NCBI RefSeq assembly: GCF_001194135.2
Contig: NC_068991.1
Span: 47,673,555-47,737,554 of the forward strand
Source of the DNA: Octopus bimaculoides
Taxonomy: Eukaryota
Direction of reading: 5' to 3'
Length of the DNA stretch: 64,000 nucleotides
Shown here: in pieces, positions 1-14,510 of the stretch
Layout of the letters: the number at the start of each line of letters is the position of its first letter
Position numbering within the stretch: position 1 is the first letter of the stretch
Program-made: the position numbers and the translations under genes
Notes under the pieces: generated by a model
The model's input: only the letters and a program-made list of their open reading frames with translations
What the model was told of the DNA's origin: nothing
Database searches by the model: none

Positions 1-3000
1 ATATATGATGGGTTTCTGTTTACCAAATTCCACTCAGAGAGTATTGGGTAATCTGAGATTATGGCAAAAGACACTTGTTCAAGATTCTATGCAGTGAGAT
101 TGAACCTGGAATCATGTAGTTGCAAAGCAAACTTCTTAACCATACATACATTATACATCAATGAGATTTGACTGCTATTTCTACCAGAGAGAAGTGATCC
201 TGTTTAGACCCCTTTATTTGTTTATATTCTTTATGTAATATTTCTAAATGTATGTTGCTATTATTGGTTTTGTTTAGACTAGATTTCAATTCACAGTGTC
301 CTTAAAGCATAGACATGTAGTTGTTTAGCCACAGGCCAGTCCTCATTCTACAAACTTATGAATAAAAGCATTTCAGCATGATCATCTTGCTTGTTATTTT
401 AGACACTGTGTCTCTCAGATTACATTATGCAATGTGTCTTTGATCTTTATGAAGATGGGAGGATAGAAGTTGAGAAAGATTTGGCTGTTATTTCTAGCAG
501 TTCAAGCAGCGTCCATATAGATGTTTCAACTACTACTAGTAGTAGTTGCTTAGTTCAGCCTTGATTGAGTGGTTTTTCCAGTTGTGACCATTCCAGCTGT
601 TTTTTGCATGCAAAGTAAATCAAGGACAACATTATCCTGTGTTACCTTAAAAAAAAAAGGTAACACAGGATATATGAGGGAAATTTGGCTGCTATTTCTT
701 GGTAGATTGAGCAATGGTAGTACAGTGTATTTTTGATTAAAAGATGTTGCATGGCCATGTATGATTAGAGTATATTGTTAGAATTTAACAAGGTTTACCT
801 TCAACTGAAATGGCTTTCCAAATGCAATGGTGATGCGTTCCATGCAATGTGTTCATGCATGTAAATAAAGAACTCTTTGGTGGATGTTAGTTGTTAAGTA
901 ATTTTAATTTACTGATGATGATTGTAAAGGCAAGGGCTCTTTATTAATTTTTGTGGATCATGTATGGATTGACTTGAAGAAGAGAGAAGGTGTTCCACCA
1001 TTTGTTATAACTTAGTTCTAATATGAGAACATCTACACATAAAAATATGAATGAAAATCAAACAATTTCTAGAGTCACTCAGATAGCACTAACAAAAAGG
1101 AATACTTGGTTTAATCCACCTTTCAATTTACTAGTTACTTTATGTATTGTTAAAAAGCTAAATTTTTTTTACAATCTTTTTACATTTTTGTCCTAACCAT
1201 AAAAGCAATAAACTATTTAACTTCAATGTCGATTGAGATACACCTTGTAAACTTTTTACATGGAAAATGCAAAATTGTCAACATAGTTGTTTTTTCCCTG
1301 CAGTGTTGGCTCATTTTCTGATGAAGTCCTCTCATCAGAGAATGCTTCATCCAGTATTTTCAAGATTAATTTTTCTATGCCTGTTTAGATAAAGAAGTCG
1401 GTTGTACAGTGCAATGCGATTTATTACATTCTTCATCTTCCTTCCCCATTTGATTCAAACTTTCTAAGATTTGACTGTAGCAGACCTTCCTTAGTTTATT
1501 TCTGCCAAGGGTACTTTCTGATGTCAGCACTTGTCCCCTTTTCAACCAGTACTTATTATCCATTTACTTCATGTCCTTATAAACCCTTCATATGTCACCT
1601 ATGAAAAACAACACTGTAAATCCAATAGACAATACTTGACTTGACATTCTGCAAATGTACTTTAGTGATTATTGTTGTTTAACGCTGGACCTGCACTGAC
1701 TGAGATAAAAGTCACCCTAGCTGTAATCCTACCAACATTTTAAATATCTGAGACTACATTATCTGATATTACTTCTCTTTTGTAATATGTTAGGGTGTAC
1801 TTTATGGGAGGGTTGGCTGCTAATTCTAACAGGTTGAACTACAGGTTCCTTTGAATACCCAAATCTAACTTCCATGTACCACTGAACTCTTTACATGTTT
1901 TATATAGCTTGAATTCCAGATGGCACCAACAAAGGTAATAATAACTTTCTTTTCTTATTGTACTTTCTCCACTATTTCCATCATTAGACATCTCCCTGCT
2001 CCCTGTGGTTTTTAAATTGGTGAATACTAGACACCTGTATCCAATATTTGAGAATTTTTTTTTTACCTGCTTCCTATAATTAATGAAGAGACAAAATAGA
2101 GTCAGCATCCATATAATTCTATTTCCTTCACTATGATGTTGGATAAATTAAGGAGTTCAAAGTAGACTTCATCTTATTAAACACAGTCATTTGTCCATCC
2201 CATTTTCAATCCTCACAAGTTATAGCCCCACTCCACCCATTAGAAATACAGCCCTAGATAGCAGAAACTAATAATTACCTAATTAACCAACTATCTTAAC
2301 AGTTCATGAACTTCATTTCTTGGGTGCTCCTCCTCCTACTAATTACTGATGTACTTCTACCACGTCTGGAGTCCTGGTTTTCTCTGTCAGGCTGACAATG
2401 GTTCCACTGTTGCTTTATGCAACTAGTGCTTGCTTCTGTGTTTACAATATCATGTTCTGACCTACTCCCTTTCTTCATATCAAGCAAGATCAATTTCCAA
2501 ATGTCACTAGCATATCATGTTCCCTTTAACTGACTAGCACTTAGAACTAAAGAACTTTAAATATAGCACCATATTGCATATGAATTAAGGTTTTAAAACA
2601 ACTTAGAGAGCTGCAATTTGTCAGACAGATAATAGTATGACTTTGACAATGAACAAGTAATGAAAATAATGTAAGACATCATACAGCATGTGAATGAATT
2701 AACTCTATACCTGCAAACATATTTAGTCTTACTGAAAAAGAAATTTGAAGTTAATTTGAGAGATAATACAACCATGAACCAAGAAATTGGTACTATATCT
2801 TGATATTTTGTTACTGAGAGATTTATTTACTAAATTTCTTTGCTTTTTCACTCCCATTGAAGAATGAGGTCACAAACTGAGTTACAAGCATAAATATGAT
2901 ATTACCAATAAAAAAAATGGATAAGTTTGGTATTGTTTGAGAAAGCTGCCAATAAACAGTGAGGTACTTAAGATATTGGTTGGGAGATTGAAGACTTAGT

Positions 3001-3855
3001 GGAAAAGATGGTTATATGGTAAGGAAATGGATGAAATGTCACAGGGTGATAATGGAAGAGATGTGATATGTGGTGGATGATGGGACACATGATAGGCTGT
3101 GAAGTGCTGGATTATATAGGCTGGTCACATGGTACTAGGTTGGCTGTTTAGGCCATCTGAGGTCAGTCATATGGTGGTCATGTGAAGATCATATGAATGT
3201 GATCATATGATTATAGTCATGTGCCAGGTGTTATATTGTGGAGGATCATGTGATAACTTGTTTTATAGCAGGTAATGTGGTTGGCGGTAATCAAGTGATG
3301 CCAATCTTGCAATAGCAGTCATATAGAAAGGAAACAGAGAAGTGATCCATGGAAGGTCCAAAATGGCAACCTGGTAAAAATGCACGAATTGGACAGAAAA
3401 GGATTTAACGAAGAAAGAAAATGAGAAGTTTGCAGACCTAGACAACCCACAGAACTAATAGGAGTAAAAAAAAAAAATAATAGCAATAACAATGTTGCAG
3501 GCTGTTGATGCTGATGATGATAATAATTATTTCTTACAAAGACACAAGGCCCAAAAATTTGAAAGGAAGAAATAGCAAATTAGACTGACCTTAGTATTTC
3601 ATTAATTTTAGTGATTATGGAAGGATGAAATGCAAAGTTAGCTTCAGTGGGATTTGAGCAAATATTGCATGGCATTTTGTTTGATGCCTTTGGGATTCTG
3701 GAGCTTGCCTGAAGTTCGTTTTTCAACTACATAGTTTCAGGTTCAATTTTGCTGCATGGCAACATGTGCAAGTGTCTCCTGCTATATAGCTCCAAGTTCA
3801 TCGAAATCTTATGAGTGAATTTGGTGAACAGAAACTGAAAGAAACCTTTTGTGTA

Positions 3856-3891
<36 letters not shown>

Positions 3892-4380
3892 TGAGGGTGA
3901 AGCTGTTTGTTTACATTTGTGCACTATGAAAGTTACTCTCTATGGGTGTAGCTACCACTTCTTCCACCAACAAATCATCTGCACACTAAACACTGGCAAA
4001 GACGTGTGAAATCCCTTACTTGAAAAGCAGGGTATGGATTACTAGTGTCAGAATGGGCATTTGGCCATAAAACAATGCCCAAATAATATATTTATCTAAT
4101 CCATGCCATCAGGGAAAAATAAACATAAAGTAAACAAATGAATAATGACAGCATAGACTGGAACAAGGTCAGTCACAAATGTGCAAAAGAGGGGCACAAT
4201 CAATTGAATTAGTACCAGTTCATGCCTAGTTCTTACCCATATTGATACAGAGAAGTATGTAAGTCAGTAACTGGTGATGAAATTTGAACCCAGAGCAATG
4301 GAATTGAATGATACAAGCTTGGTGAATATACTTTCTTTTTCTTTCTTTGGGTCACTGTTACTTTTTTTAATGATAATAAT

Positions 4381-5000
4381 GATGACACACAATACAGATG
4401 ATAATGTAGATAATAACAATGATGATGGCAAAGATATTGATAATGATGATGATGATGATGACATTGATGATGGTAGTAGTGGTGGTGATGGTGATATTGA
4501 TGACAATGCTATTAATGATAATGATATTGGTGATGATAATGATGATGATGACATTGATGATGGTAGTAGTGGTGGTGATGGTGATATTGATGACAATGCT
4601 ATTAATGATAATGATATTGGGNNNNNNNNNNNNNNNNNNNNNNNNNNNNNNNNNNNNNNNNNNNNNNNNNNNNNNNNNNNNNNNNNNNNNNNNNNNNNNN
4701 NNNNNNNNNNNNNNNNNNNNNNNNNNNNNNNNNNNNNNNNNNNNNNNNNNNNNNNNNNNNNNNNNNNNNNNNNNNNNNNNNNNNNNNNNNNNNNNNNNNN
4801 NNNNNNNGATGATGATGATGACATTGATGATGGTAGTAGTGGTGGTGATGGTGATATTGATGACAATGCTATTAATGATAATGATATTGGTGATGATAAT
4901 GATGATGATGACATTGATGATGGTAGTAGTGGTGGTGATGGTGATATTGATGACAATGCTATTAATGATAATGATATTGGGGATGATAATATAGGTGGCA
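4381..5000. repeat. (GAT/GGT)-rich low-complexity tract with 90-bp tandem unit, spanning an N-gap
   Basis: unit gatgatgatgacattgatgatggtagtagt... recurs at 4451, 4541, 4811, 4901; gap 4622-4807. Confidence 0.9.
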
Positions 5001-8000
5001 AGAATGATGGGGAATTACAATGGTAACAACGATGAGCAGAGAAAGTGGATTAATGAAATGGAACCACAGAAAACTTACCAAGAAAGCTTTGAAATATTCT
5101 ATGGTTGAAAGGAGAAGATTTTCCTGTTAATTTACAGCCTTGAACCTGAAAGCAGTTGGACCACAGCATTGTGATTCTTGGAAACAGAATTTTGGTGCCG
5201 GCATTTTTTTTTTTTTTTGCTCACAAGACAACAGGTGAAGGTGTTATTGAAAAAAAGTGCATGAGCTAAAAGAAGCTGAGTGAGAGGGAGGGAGGTAGTG
5301 GTGGTGATGGTGAGAGGTTGAAAAAGAAGAGAGGAAGGGAGGGGAACCATGACCAACCACAAAATAAAAAAATTGTAGCAAAAAAAACAACAAAAAAAAA
5401 AAAGAAAAATTCTTTTTAAAAATGCTGCAACAACAATGATGATGACAACTGTAGTAACAACCACAACAAAAAAATCACAAAACTGGTAAAGCAGAACATT
5501 CTCTGAAATAAATTCTGAAGTAGGTTTGAAGCCTGTTAATCTCTGACCCCCACTCACCAAAAAAATCTCAAATATGTAGTAACATTCATGCCTTTTCTAT
5601 CATGCATTAGTAAATTAAATGCTTCAGTTTCAAATGGTAATTGGAACCAGATTGTGGGACCAGTTTCTCAGGCAATTTAATGCTACATTCCTCTGATTAC
5701 CATTTTTATTATTAGCACTGTTGTACCACTGAAGAATGAGTCTTTGGATTTTTGTGTAACAGACATTACCGGCAATAATATTAGAGTTCCTTTGTAGGTC
5801 CTCTTTAAATTAAGTTGTACTTTGTAGGGTATTGTAGGATGAAACAATTCTTTCCCCTTTATAAACTTTAATTTTTTTGTGTGTTAGTTAGAATGGAAGA
5901 CAACATCCATGATCATTTAAGGGCCCCTGAAATTGGTGGGAAGGAGGAAAAGAAGAAAGTATTCTAAAATTGGAGAGCTAGCCTGAATGCTTGCACCAAA
6001 CAAAATTCTGCTAAAGTGACCCAAGGTGCCAGGTGATAGTGTTAAATTAAGTAACGGATTAAATCTATCACCCGGTAAGTCTGTCTAGCTCGTAGCAGGA
6101 TTTAAACTCAGGACACAAAGAATCTGAACAAATACTACAATGCATTTGGTCTGATATTCTTACAATCTTACCACCTTAGATGGATACATGTTTATTGACA
6201 CCGAAAGGATGACAGGCAAAGCTAGTCCTGGTGGGAATTGAACTCAGAGTGCAGTGAGTCAAAATAAATACTGTGAAACATTCTATAAAATGTTCTAAAG
6301 ACTACCAATTCACTGTCTTAAATGAAAGGTGTCAAATACCTATCTCAAATGATTGATACTTATTGATATAAATGCAGTTTCTTATATAACCATGATGTCG
6401 GAGATTTTAAAGAGAAACCTGGACATCGATAGATTAGTGAGTCATGTCTTTCCTAAAGATCCATTTGTGAAGTAAAGGATATAATTTTTACAAATAAACC
6501 AAGGCAGCTTGGGACTTAATTAGTCATGAACAGTTTCCTGTAGTCTACTGTACAATGACAGCAATGTTGAAGGTCACATTTGTTGTATGTTAAAGGTTAT
6601 TATAAGTCATACATATCTTTACTTTTTCAGCACAATTACTCAAAGTATTTAGTGTGACAAGGTTGGACTTTTAAATTATAGGTACAGTCCATCTGATGGG
6701 ACTTGAGACATTTTCTGTCTACTAAATTTCATTCACAAAGCATGGGTTGACCAGACGCTACGCAGTAGAATCTAACTTAAGTCTTTGGGACTGTGAAGCA
6801 AACTTCTTAACCATTTAGCCAGGCTGTGTTTATTTATCAAGCTGTGCCAATACTATATATATATTAAAGTTAGACAAGGCCGGTTTATGGGATTACCTTA
6901 GGTTTCAGGTCCATAAAGGGCTTAACTTTATGGCATCTCATCAGATCCCAAAACCTGTTGGTTAAAGGCCTCTCTAGAGTATGAAGGAGGAAAGGACTCT
7001 ATTACTCAATCTCTCTCTCTTTATATATATGTATATATCCTTATTTGTTGGGTGCCCAGGACTTGAAAGCTCCCTTGCAATCTTTCTTACCAGCTGGTAG
7101 ACCAGCATTAAGAGCTATCAGCTGACAAATTTTAGCACATTTTTAAGGACTTTCCAATATATAAAATTATATAATGTATAAAATATATAATTATATATGA
7201 TATATGGCATATATTAATAAATTTTGATATTTAATTTATATATAAGGTTTGTTTTCTCTAGTTTTTTACTTTGTCTTTACCATCACGGCCAAGACCATGC
7301 TGGAGCATTGCCTTCTAATGTTTAGTGTTTATTTTCAAAAGAAACATAAAATGCAATGCAAAGCTTCATGTTTCATTATGTATATTCATTAAAGATTTCC
7401 ATTTTTTATACACATTTCAACATGATCTAATAACATACAAACCAATTTAATACCAACTCAACCACAATGATGATCATCACTGCCACCGCTAGCAAACCTC
7501 AGGAACTTTTAATGGAATTTATTCTACGGCAAGCATTCAGATAGACATCCCTATACCATACCTTTGAAATTCCTTCTCCTTCTTCCTTTTTCTTACGCAT
7601 ATTCTTCAAACTAGGAATCAGGCATACCAATCTAAAAACAACACAGCAAAGATCGATTTTCTGCCCCTTTCTCCCTTTTTTCACTAAATTTTGGAACACT
7701 TCCTCAATACAAATAAAAATTCCTGTTTATACATGAAGATTAAATTAATTTGTGTTTGTCAATTTCTTCACCTGTTAGCTATAGAAAGGGAATAAAAAAT
7801 AACATTTATGTAAAATGAATTATTTCCATGTGCTTTCTATCAATGTCTACTATTAGATTTAATATAGGAGAAACTATGATAAACACAAATTTATATCAAG
7901 CAATAATGTGCTCCCTTGATGATCTGTTGTGGTTAAGCATCTGATTGCACAAGGAACATCCAATGCAGAGATTCTCGACAACCACAATAGTGAAACATAT

Positions 8001-8641
8001 GTAGGAAACAAATGATCTAGGCTTGTGTTTAGCATAAATTCTCCTGCTTTTACTTTGTATATCATAACTAGTAATACTACTAAGTATAGTAAGAACCAAA
8101 CTACTATCCAGAAACTAAAACAATAAGGATAACTCAGCAGAATTTATTGGAGAACATAGGCAAACAAGTAAAGTTTTATTAGAAACATCAGGACACCAAA
8201 ACACATACATACACACACATACTAATCTATTCTTTGAACAATCTGAGTTTAATGATGACTATAACTATTGTTATTTTAGTGAGTATTAACGCAGAAAGGT
8301 TGTGAGGGGAGAGTGAACATAAAAGCAAAACACGCACAAAGTTAAGCTTTAATGAAAACCTTACCAATAAACCCTTCACCATGTTTTTTTTTATAAAATA
8401 AAATTCTGTTATAATAAGATATTTGTATTATCTGAATATTTACCTCCCAACTAAACATCAGTAGCTTTTTCACAGAAAGCTAATGAACTTTTATCTGCAA
8501 AAAATTAACAACCTATTTTACAAAGTGCACATGAATTTTATAATATTTATACTATACTATACTATAATATATATATATATAAAACATGTTATATAATATA
8601 CTACATATATAAACTATACAAAATATATTTATACATGTTGT

Positions 8642-8691
<50 letters not shown>

Positions 8692-8969
8692 TGCATGTTA
8701 TATGTACGCATATGTATCCATATATACATAGATACATCTACACACATCTATATCTCCTTTATCCTTTGTAATCTGGAATTCTTTCTTATTACAGATTACT
8801 ACAATGACATGATCTAAACCTACCTGCCTATGTATCTATTTATGTATATATTGTATTGTATAGCATAGCCCATAGGTAATGCTACCATTTAGTATATACA
8901 TATCTAATGATGCCATGACTTCTAAGCAATCCTGTTTATATATTTCATTACTTAATACATATTATGTTA

Positions 8970-9460
8970 CGTCATCGTCGTTTAACGTCCGCTTTCCATG
9001 CTAGCATGGGTTGGACGATTTGACTGAGGACTGGTGAAACCAGATGGCTACATCAGGCTCCAATCTGATTTGGCAGAGTTTCTACAACTGGATGCCCTTC
9101 CTAACGCCAACCACTCAGAGAGTGTAGTGGGTGCTTTTACGTGTCACCCGCACGNNNNNNNNNNCTGATTTGGCAGAGTTTCTACAACTGGATGCCCTTC
9201 CTAACGCCAACCACTCAGAGAGTGTAGTGGGTGCTTTTACGTGTCACCCGCACGAAGGCCAGTCAGGCGGTACTGGCAACGGCCACGCTCATCTCACTCG
9301 AAAAACCTCATGTGTCACCCGCACAAGAGCCAGTCCAGGGGCACCGGCAGCGATCTAGATTGAAAATCATACGACGGCCCCACACAAGAGCCAGTTCAGG
9401 GGCACTGGCAACGATCCTGCTCGAAAGATTTCATGTGTCGCCCGCACATGAGCCAGTAAT
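8970..9460 (-). mobile_element. RTE-LINE 3'-UTR-type interspersed repeat (family D)
   Basis: catcatcgtttaacgtccgctttccatgctagcatggg...ctggatgcccttcctaacgccaaccac; related copies ~19190-19510, 32265-32860, 40880-41020 and inverted at 40560-40800, 43330-43730. Confidence 0.75.
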
Positions 9461-11714
9461 AAATGATGTTTTATGTATTACACTAATAACTATATATATG
9501 ATTGAAATTAGTAATAAATAAATTTACACATAAAAGCCTTTCAGTTTTTCTACTGTTTGAGAATTTATTTATTAAGACAGAGATACCAAATTATCAAACA
9601 TATATTTTGTTTAAATTTCAAGGGTCATGGGAATCTGCAAAAGCAGTAAAAACAAATTGATCTCTAACATAGGCACAAAGCTAGAAAATTGGGACAGAGG
9701 AGTTAGTTGATTATTTTGTTTAAATTTCAAGTGTACATGATTTCTATGTTTATATTTTGTAATACATCACAGCCATATTCTATCTTAATACATTAATTTG
9801 TAAATTTCTCTTCTCTATGAAATCATCCTTTTTATATACAACATTAGGTTGACATTAACAAAATGTGGTCATCACTTTTGTAGAGATTCAGGGATCAGTT
9901 AGGTATTTTTTGGAGGAAGGTGAGAATGAAAACAATAACAAAAATTACACTGACAACAATTATTACAACATCAAAAATACTTTATATATTTTGCATGAAA
10001 CAAACCCCAACCTCTGCCTAAAAGAATTGTTTTGTTGTTAATCAAAGGAATGTTTTAAAATTATATTGAAAATTCAAAGCAGTCAGTTAAAATAGATGAC
10101 ATTTTATACAAAATCCAAAAAATAAAAAGAAAAAGAAAAGAAAACAAAGTTTAATCTTATTCAAAGCATACATACATGTTAACATGCATTTGAGCAAAGA
10201 AAATAAAAAAAAGTTAAAACATATTAAATTAGTAATTCTGAAATATTGCAGATTAAATATTATTTAGATTTATGAAACATTTTTTAAATGCTATGACAAT
10301 TAATTAAAATGGTAAGTAATTAATAAATTTGATGAAACAATAGAATGGAAGCTAGACCAAAATATTTAATTCAATACCAAATTGGTCTGGATCTGGGTTA
10401 CTAAAAAGAAAATCCAAGACTGAGAGGGTTGGAAAATATTGGTGAAAAAATATTTGTGTCCACAATGGTAAGTATACTATGGGATGAACTTTACCAGATA
10501 CTCATTACTATAAATATTGCTTTTTGTCCATTTTTTTTAACGACTCCTGTAAACCTTTCACTACCACTCCAAATGAGACCATTCCAGGTCCTTAGACAAG
10601 ACCTTTCATTTTATACTGTCTATCATTTATTGATCATCATCCTTATAATGTCTACTTTTCCATGCAGATGGAATTTGTTGAGGTATATTTTTTAAGGCCA
10701 GCTGCTCTTCCTGCCATCAACCTGCACCTTTTTCCAATCAAGGTAATATTTCCCCTCAGCCAGAGATCTTTCACTGTAATGCAAAGACAAGGAGCCACAA
10801 ATACACATTCACTCACATGCACGCGCACGCAAACACACACACACACTGGGCTTCTTTTAGTTTCCTCCAACGAAACCCATTCACAAAGCTTAGGATGACC
10901 CAAGGCTATTATAGGAGAAGTACTATGCAGTGGGACTTCATATTAAATAATATAATTTATTAAATACATAATAAAATAAATAAATAAAAATAAGAAAAAC
11001 ATTAATTCATAGTGTTTTGCATTTCAAATATTGAGGAAATAGATATTCAATAAAAACCAAGTGATTTCTAACTTTGGCATGTTGCTGCTCCAAAATGTTC
11101 AAGGTGTGTGTGTGTGTGTGTGTGTGTGTGCGAAAATTATTTGGCTTTACTATATGACTACAGGGGCCAAAGATAACAAATTTAAGATAAATCTCAGCAG
11201 TGTTTGAACTTAGAAATACACTAAATAGACGAAACTAAATCCTTCAAGACATTTGGTCAGGTGCTCTACTGATCCTGCCAGATATTCCACTCTTTTATGT
11301 ACCAATAATAGTGATTTCTGGTGGGTATGTGGGTATTTTGAAAATATGCCTCATGGAATGACAACTGTGCTTAGCATAGTTATGGGTTGCCCTTTGGCAA
11401 GGTATAGCCCCCATTCAGCCACCATACCAGGATATAGCAAAGTCATGGGATTGCAGTATGGTAGATTGTGAAGAGATCGCAGAAGAGCTCAACTGTGCCA
11501 GCAGTGCTTCTTACATTGATGCTGAATAGAGGAATCCTAGAAGATCAACGGACAAGTTCATCAAGTTCTATCAAGAGAGTAACTGCATCCTAGGTTGTGG
11601 AATCAGTCAATGAAAGATTCACCATGACTCAAGCTCTCAATTCAGATTCATAATAATGAAACTGGATAGCAACAGAGGGTCATGGGAATCTGCAAAAGCA
11701 GTGAAAAAAAAATA

Positions 11715-12975
11715 ATTGATTTCTAACATGGGCACAAAGCTAGAAAATTGGGACAGAGGGGGGTTAGTTGATTATTTCATCCCCAGGACTTAATTGCTAT
11801 TTTATTGACCCTGAAATGATGAAAGATAAAGAAGTCCTTGGCAGGATTTGAACTCAGAATGTAAAGAGCCAGAACAAATAATAAAACTGGTTTTAAATTT
11901 TGGTGTAAAGCCAGCAATCTTAGTGAAAGGGGATTAGTCAATTACATCAACCCCAATATTTAACTGAAATTTTGTTTTATTGACCCTGAAAGGATGAAAG
12001 GCAATGTTAACCTCAAGGGATTTGAACTTAGAATGTAAGGAGCCAGAACAAATACTGCAAAGCAATTTTTCTGATGCTTTAATAATCCTCCCAATATAAG
12101 CAATAAATAATCTCTGATCACAAGGAGGAGTAGTGGGGCAACATTATAGCCATGTGTTCAGAAGAACTCTTTGAGGTTTCAATAATTCAACTCTGAAAAC
12201 GTGGGTCTTTCATTCATAAATAACTTTTATTCAGGGACTGAGCTTACACAGCCTGAAGAAAATTCTAACAGGGCCCCCACCAGCATGTTGTGCACATATG
12301 GTTGTGATGCATGTGCATGGTGTACTCTTATCAGATGGGTAACCATGATGGGTATATTGGGATTTGTATATTTGTAGCCCAGTGTCACTTTGACAGCATG
12401 TGCTGCTCTTTCACTTAATAGTAGTAGTAATAATAATAATAATAGTAATAGCTTCAAATTTTGGCACAAGGCCAGGAATTTGGGGGGAGAGGAGTAAGTC
12501 GATTACATGGACCCCAGTGTTCAACTGGTATTTATTTTATCAACCCTGAAAGAATGAAAGGCAAAGTCAACCTTGGCAGAACTTGGACTCAAAATGCTAA
12601 GGAACAAGGCCTGAAATTTGGGGAAAGGGATTAAGTTGATTACATCAACCCCAGTGCATAACTGGTACTTAGTTAATTGATCATGAAAGGGTGAAAGTCA
12701 AAGTCAACCTCGGCAGAATTTGAACTAAGAATGTAAGGATGGACGAAATGTCAAGAAGCATTTTGCCTGGTATGCTAATGACTCAGCCAGCTCGCTGCTT
12801 TGATGATGATAATAATAATGGTTTCAAATTTTGGCACAAGGCCAGCAAGTTCAGGGGAAGGGGATAAGTTGATTACATCGACCCCAGTGCTCGACTGGTA
12901 CTTATTGTCGACTTCAAAAGGATGAAAGGCAAAATTTTGCCCAATGCATTCATGATTCTGCTAGCTCATTACCTT
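11715..12975 (-). mobile_element. Cluster of ~5 tRNA-derived SINE copies (family C)
   Basis: repeated ggcacaaggcc..gattacatcgaccccagtg..actggtacttattttatcgaccc..gaaaggatgaaaggcaaagtc..gaatttgaactcagaa (reverse-complemented B-box); further copies e.g. 32040-32250, 42490-42710, 44780-44990, 54630-54850, 55064-55290. Confidence 0.8.
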
Positions 12976-13613
12976 AATAACAATAAAAAAAATTTTTTTT
13001 GTATAATTAGGACCACATTTCCCCAACAAACCTAGTCAAGAGGACATTTTTGTCTTAAAAACAAAACAAAAAACAAAACAGTATTTGGCTATGCAATGAA
13101 TATCCCTTTTCCACCACTCCATACTACCAATCTTGAGACATACAAGAGACAGGCAAGGGCTAACACAGCTTGGCACAAGTGCAGAAGCTGGCAAATTTAG
13201 AATCAGTGATGAAGTAACGATTCTCAGTATCTGGGGACCAAGGCATAATGATCAAGAAGAAGAAATTTTGAGTTCTTTCACACTTTCCTTGTCTAACACC
13301 ATAGTTAGAGACTTCCTTCTCTGACACATTTTACAAAGTATTTTATTCAATAATGCAACAATTCTGCCAACCTTCCTGCAATGAACTGGTCTGTATTTTA
13401 TTTTAGTCAACACAAACGGGTAGAAAAAAACTCAGAAAACCAAAGAGAAAAAAAAAAGAAAGAAAAAGAAATCCTTGACTTTGGGGTGATTTGAAGTCAG
13501 AATGAGCATAAAGAACTGAAAAAAATACTGTAAGGCATTTTGTCCAATGGTCTAACAATTTTGCCAGTCTCCTCTACTACATTCATAAAAACAAATATTT
13601 AAATATACATATA

Positions 13614-14510
13614 TAAGGTGGTATCAAAAAGTTCCTGGACTAGTTCTGTAATGCACCAACAGATGGCAGCACATAGTTGTGTGTGCAGTGAGAGCTAGCA
13701 GTGACGTTTATGAGGCAGTGTGCTAAGTGACATCACAGTGTTTACTTAACAAGTTGTGAAATTTGTATTTTTGTGATCACATGTATGCAGTAGTCTGTGA
13801 TTTTATCATGGACAGGAACAAAGTGCCAATGCAAAATTTTGTGTTAAACTTAGGGAGTCTACTACAGAGAGATTGAGCATGTTTCGGCAATGGGTCATAT
13901 GCAATATTTCGAGTGGCATGGGGGTTTCAAAAGTGGAAGAACATTCCTGGAAGATGATTAGCAATCTAGAAGATCTGCCACAAGTGTCACTCCTGGAAAC
14001 GTGGTATTGTGCATCAAAAATTTGTCCCCCAGAGTCAGACTGTCAATTGAGAGTTCTACAGTGATGTCTTGAAGTGTTTGAGGGAGGATATTTGGCGAAA
14101 GTGATCAGATCTGTGGAGTGCGAAAAATTGGAGTCTTCAATATGACATTGCATCCTTTCACTGCGCTCTCCTCACTTGTGGGTTTCTCACCGAAAACAAC
14201 CTGGTATCACTTCCGCACCTGCCCCATTTGCCAGATTTAGCACCTGCAGACTTCCATCTCTTCTCCAAGATGAAAATGCAGCTCAAAGGTTGCATTTTTA
14301 ACACCATTGTCAAGATCCAGAGTGAATCACAGACGGTCCCTGACTCATGGAAAATTACCAAGACACTGAATTTCAAAAGTGGCAGGAATGTTGGGACTGG
14401 TTTATTGCTGTACAATGCGACTATTTTGGAGGAAATTATATCAAGACTTAGGTAAATAAGCTATTTTTTATTAAATATAACTAGTCCAAGAATCTTTTGA
14501 TACTACCTGC
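13614..14510 (+). mobile_element. Internally deleted mariner (Tc1/mariner) element
   Basis: TIRs aaggtggtatcaaaaagttcctggactag / ctagtccaagaatcttttgatactacct; TA flank; transposase remnant PDLAPADFHLFSKMKMQLKG (SPDLAPxD motif). Confidence 0.85.

Noticed and set aside
1375-2493. Three short minus-strand ORFs with coding-like composition
   Set aside because: No recognisable domain or consistent splice chain; possibly ancient LINE debris, but I cannot support a call.
4264-5026. 250-aa Asp-rich ORF and overlapping ORFs
   Set aside because: Open in several frames because of (GAT)n low complexity; includes an N-gap; no domain or splice support.
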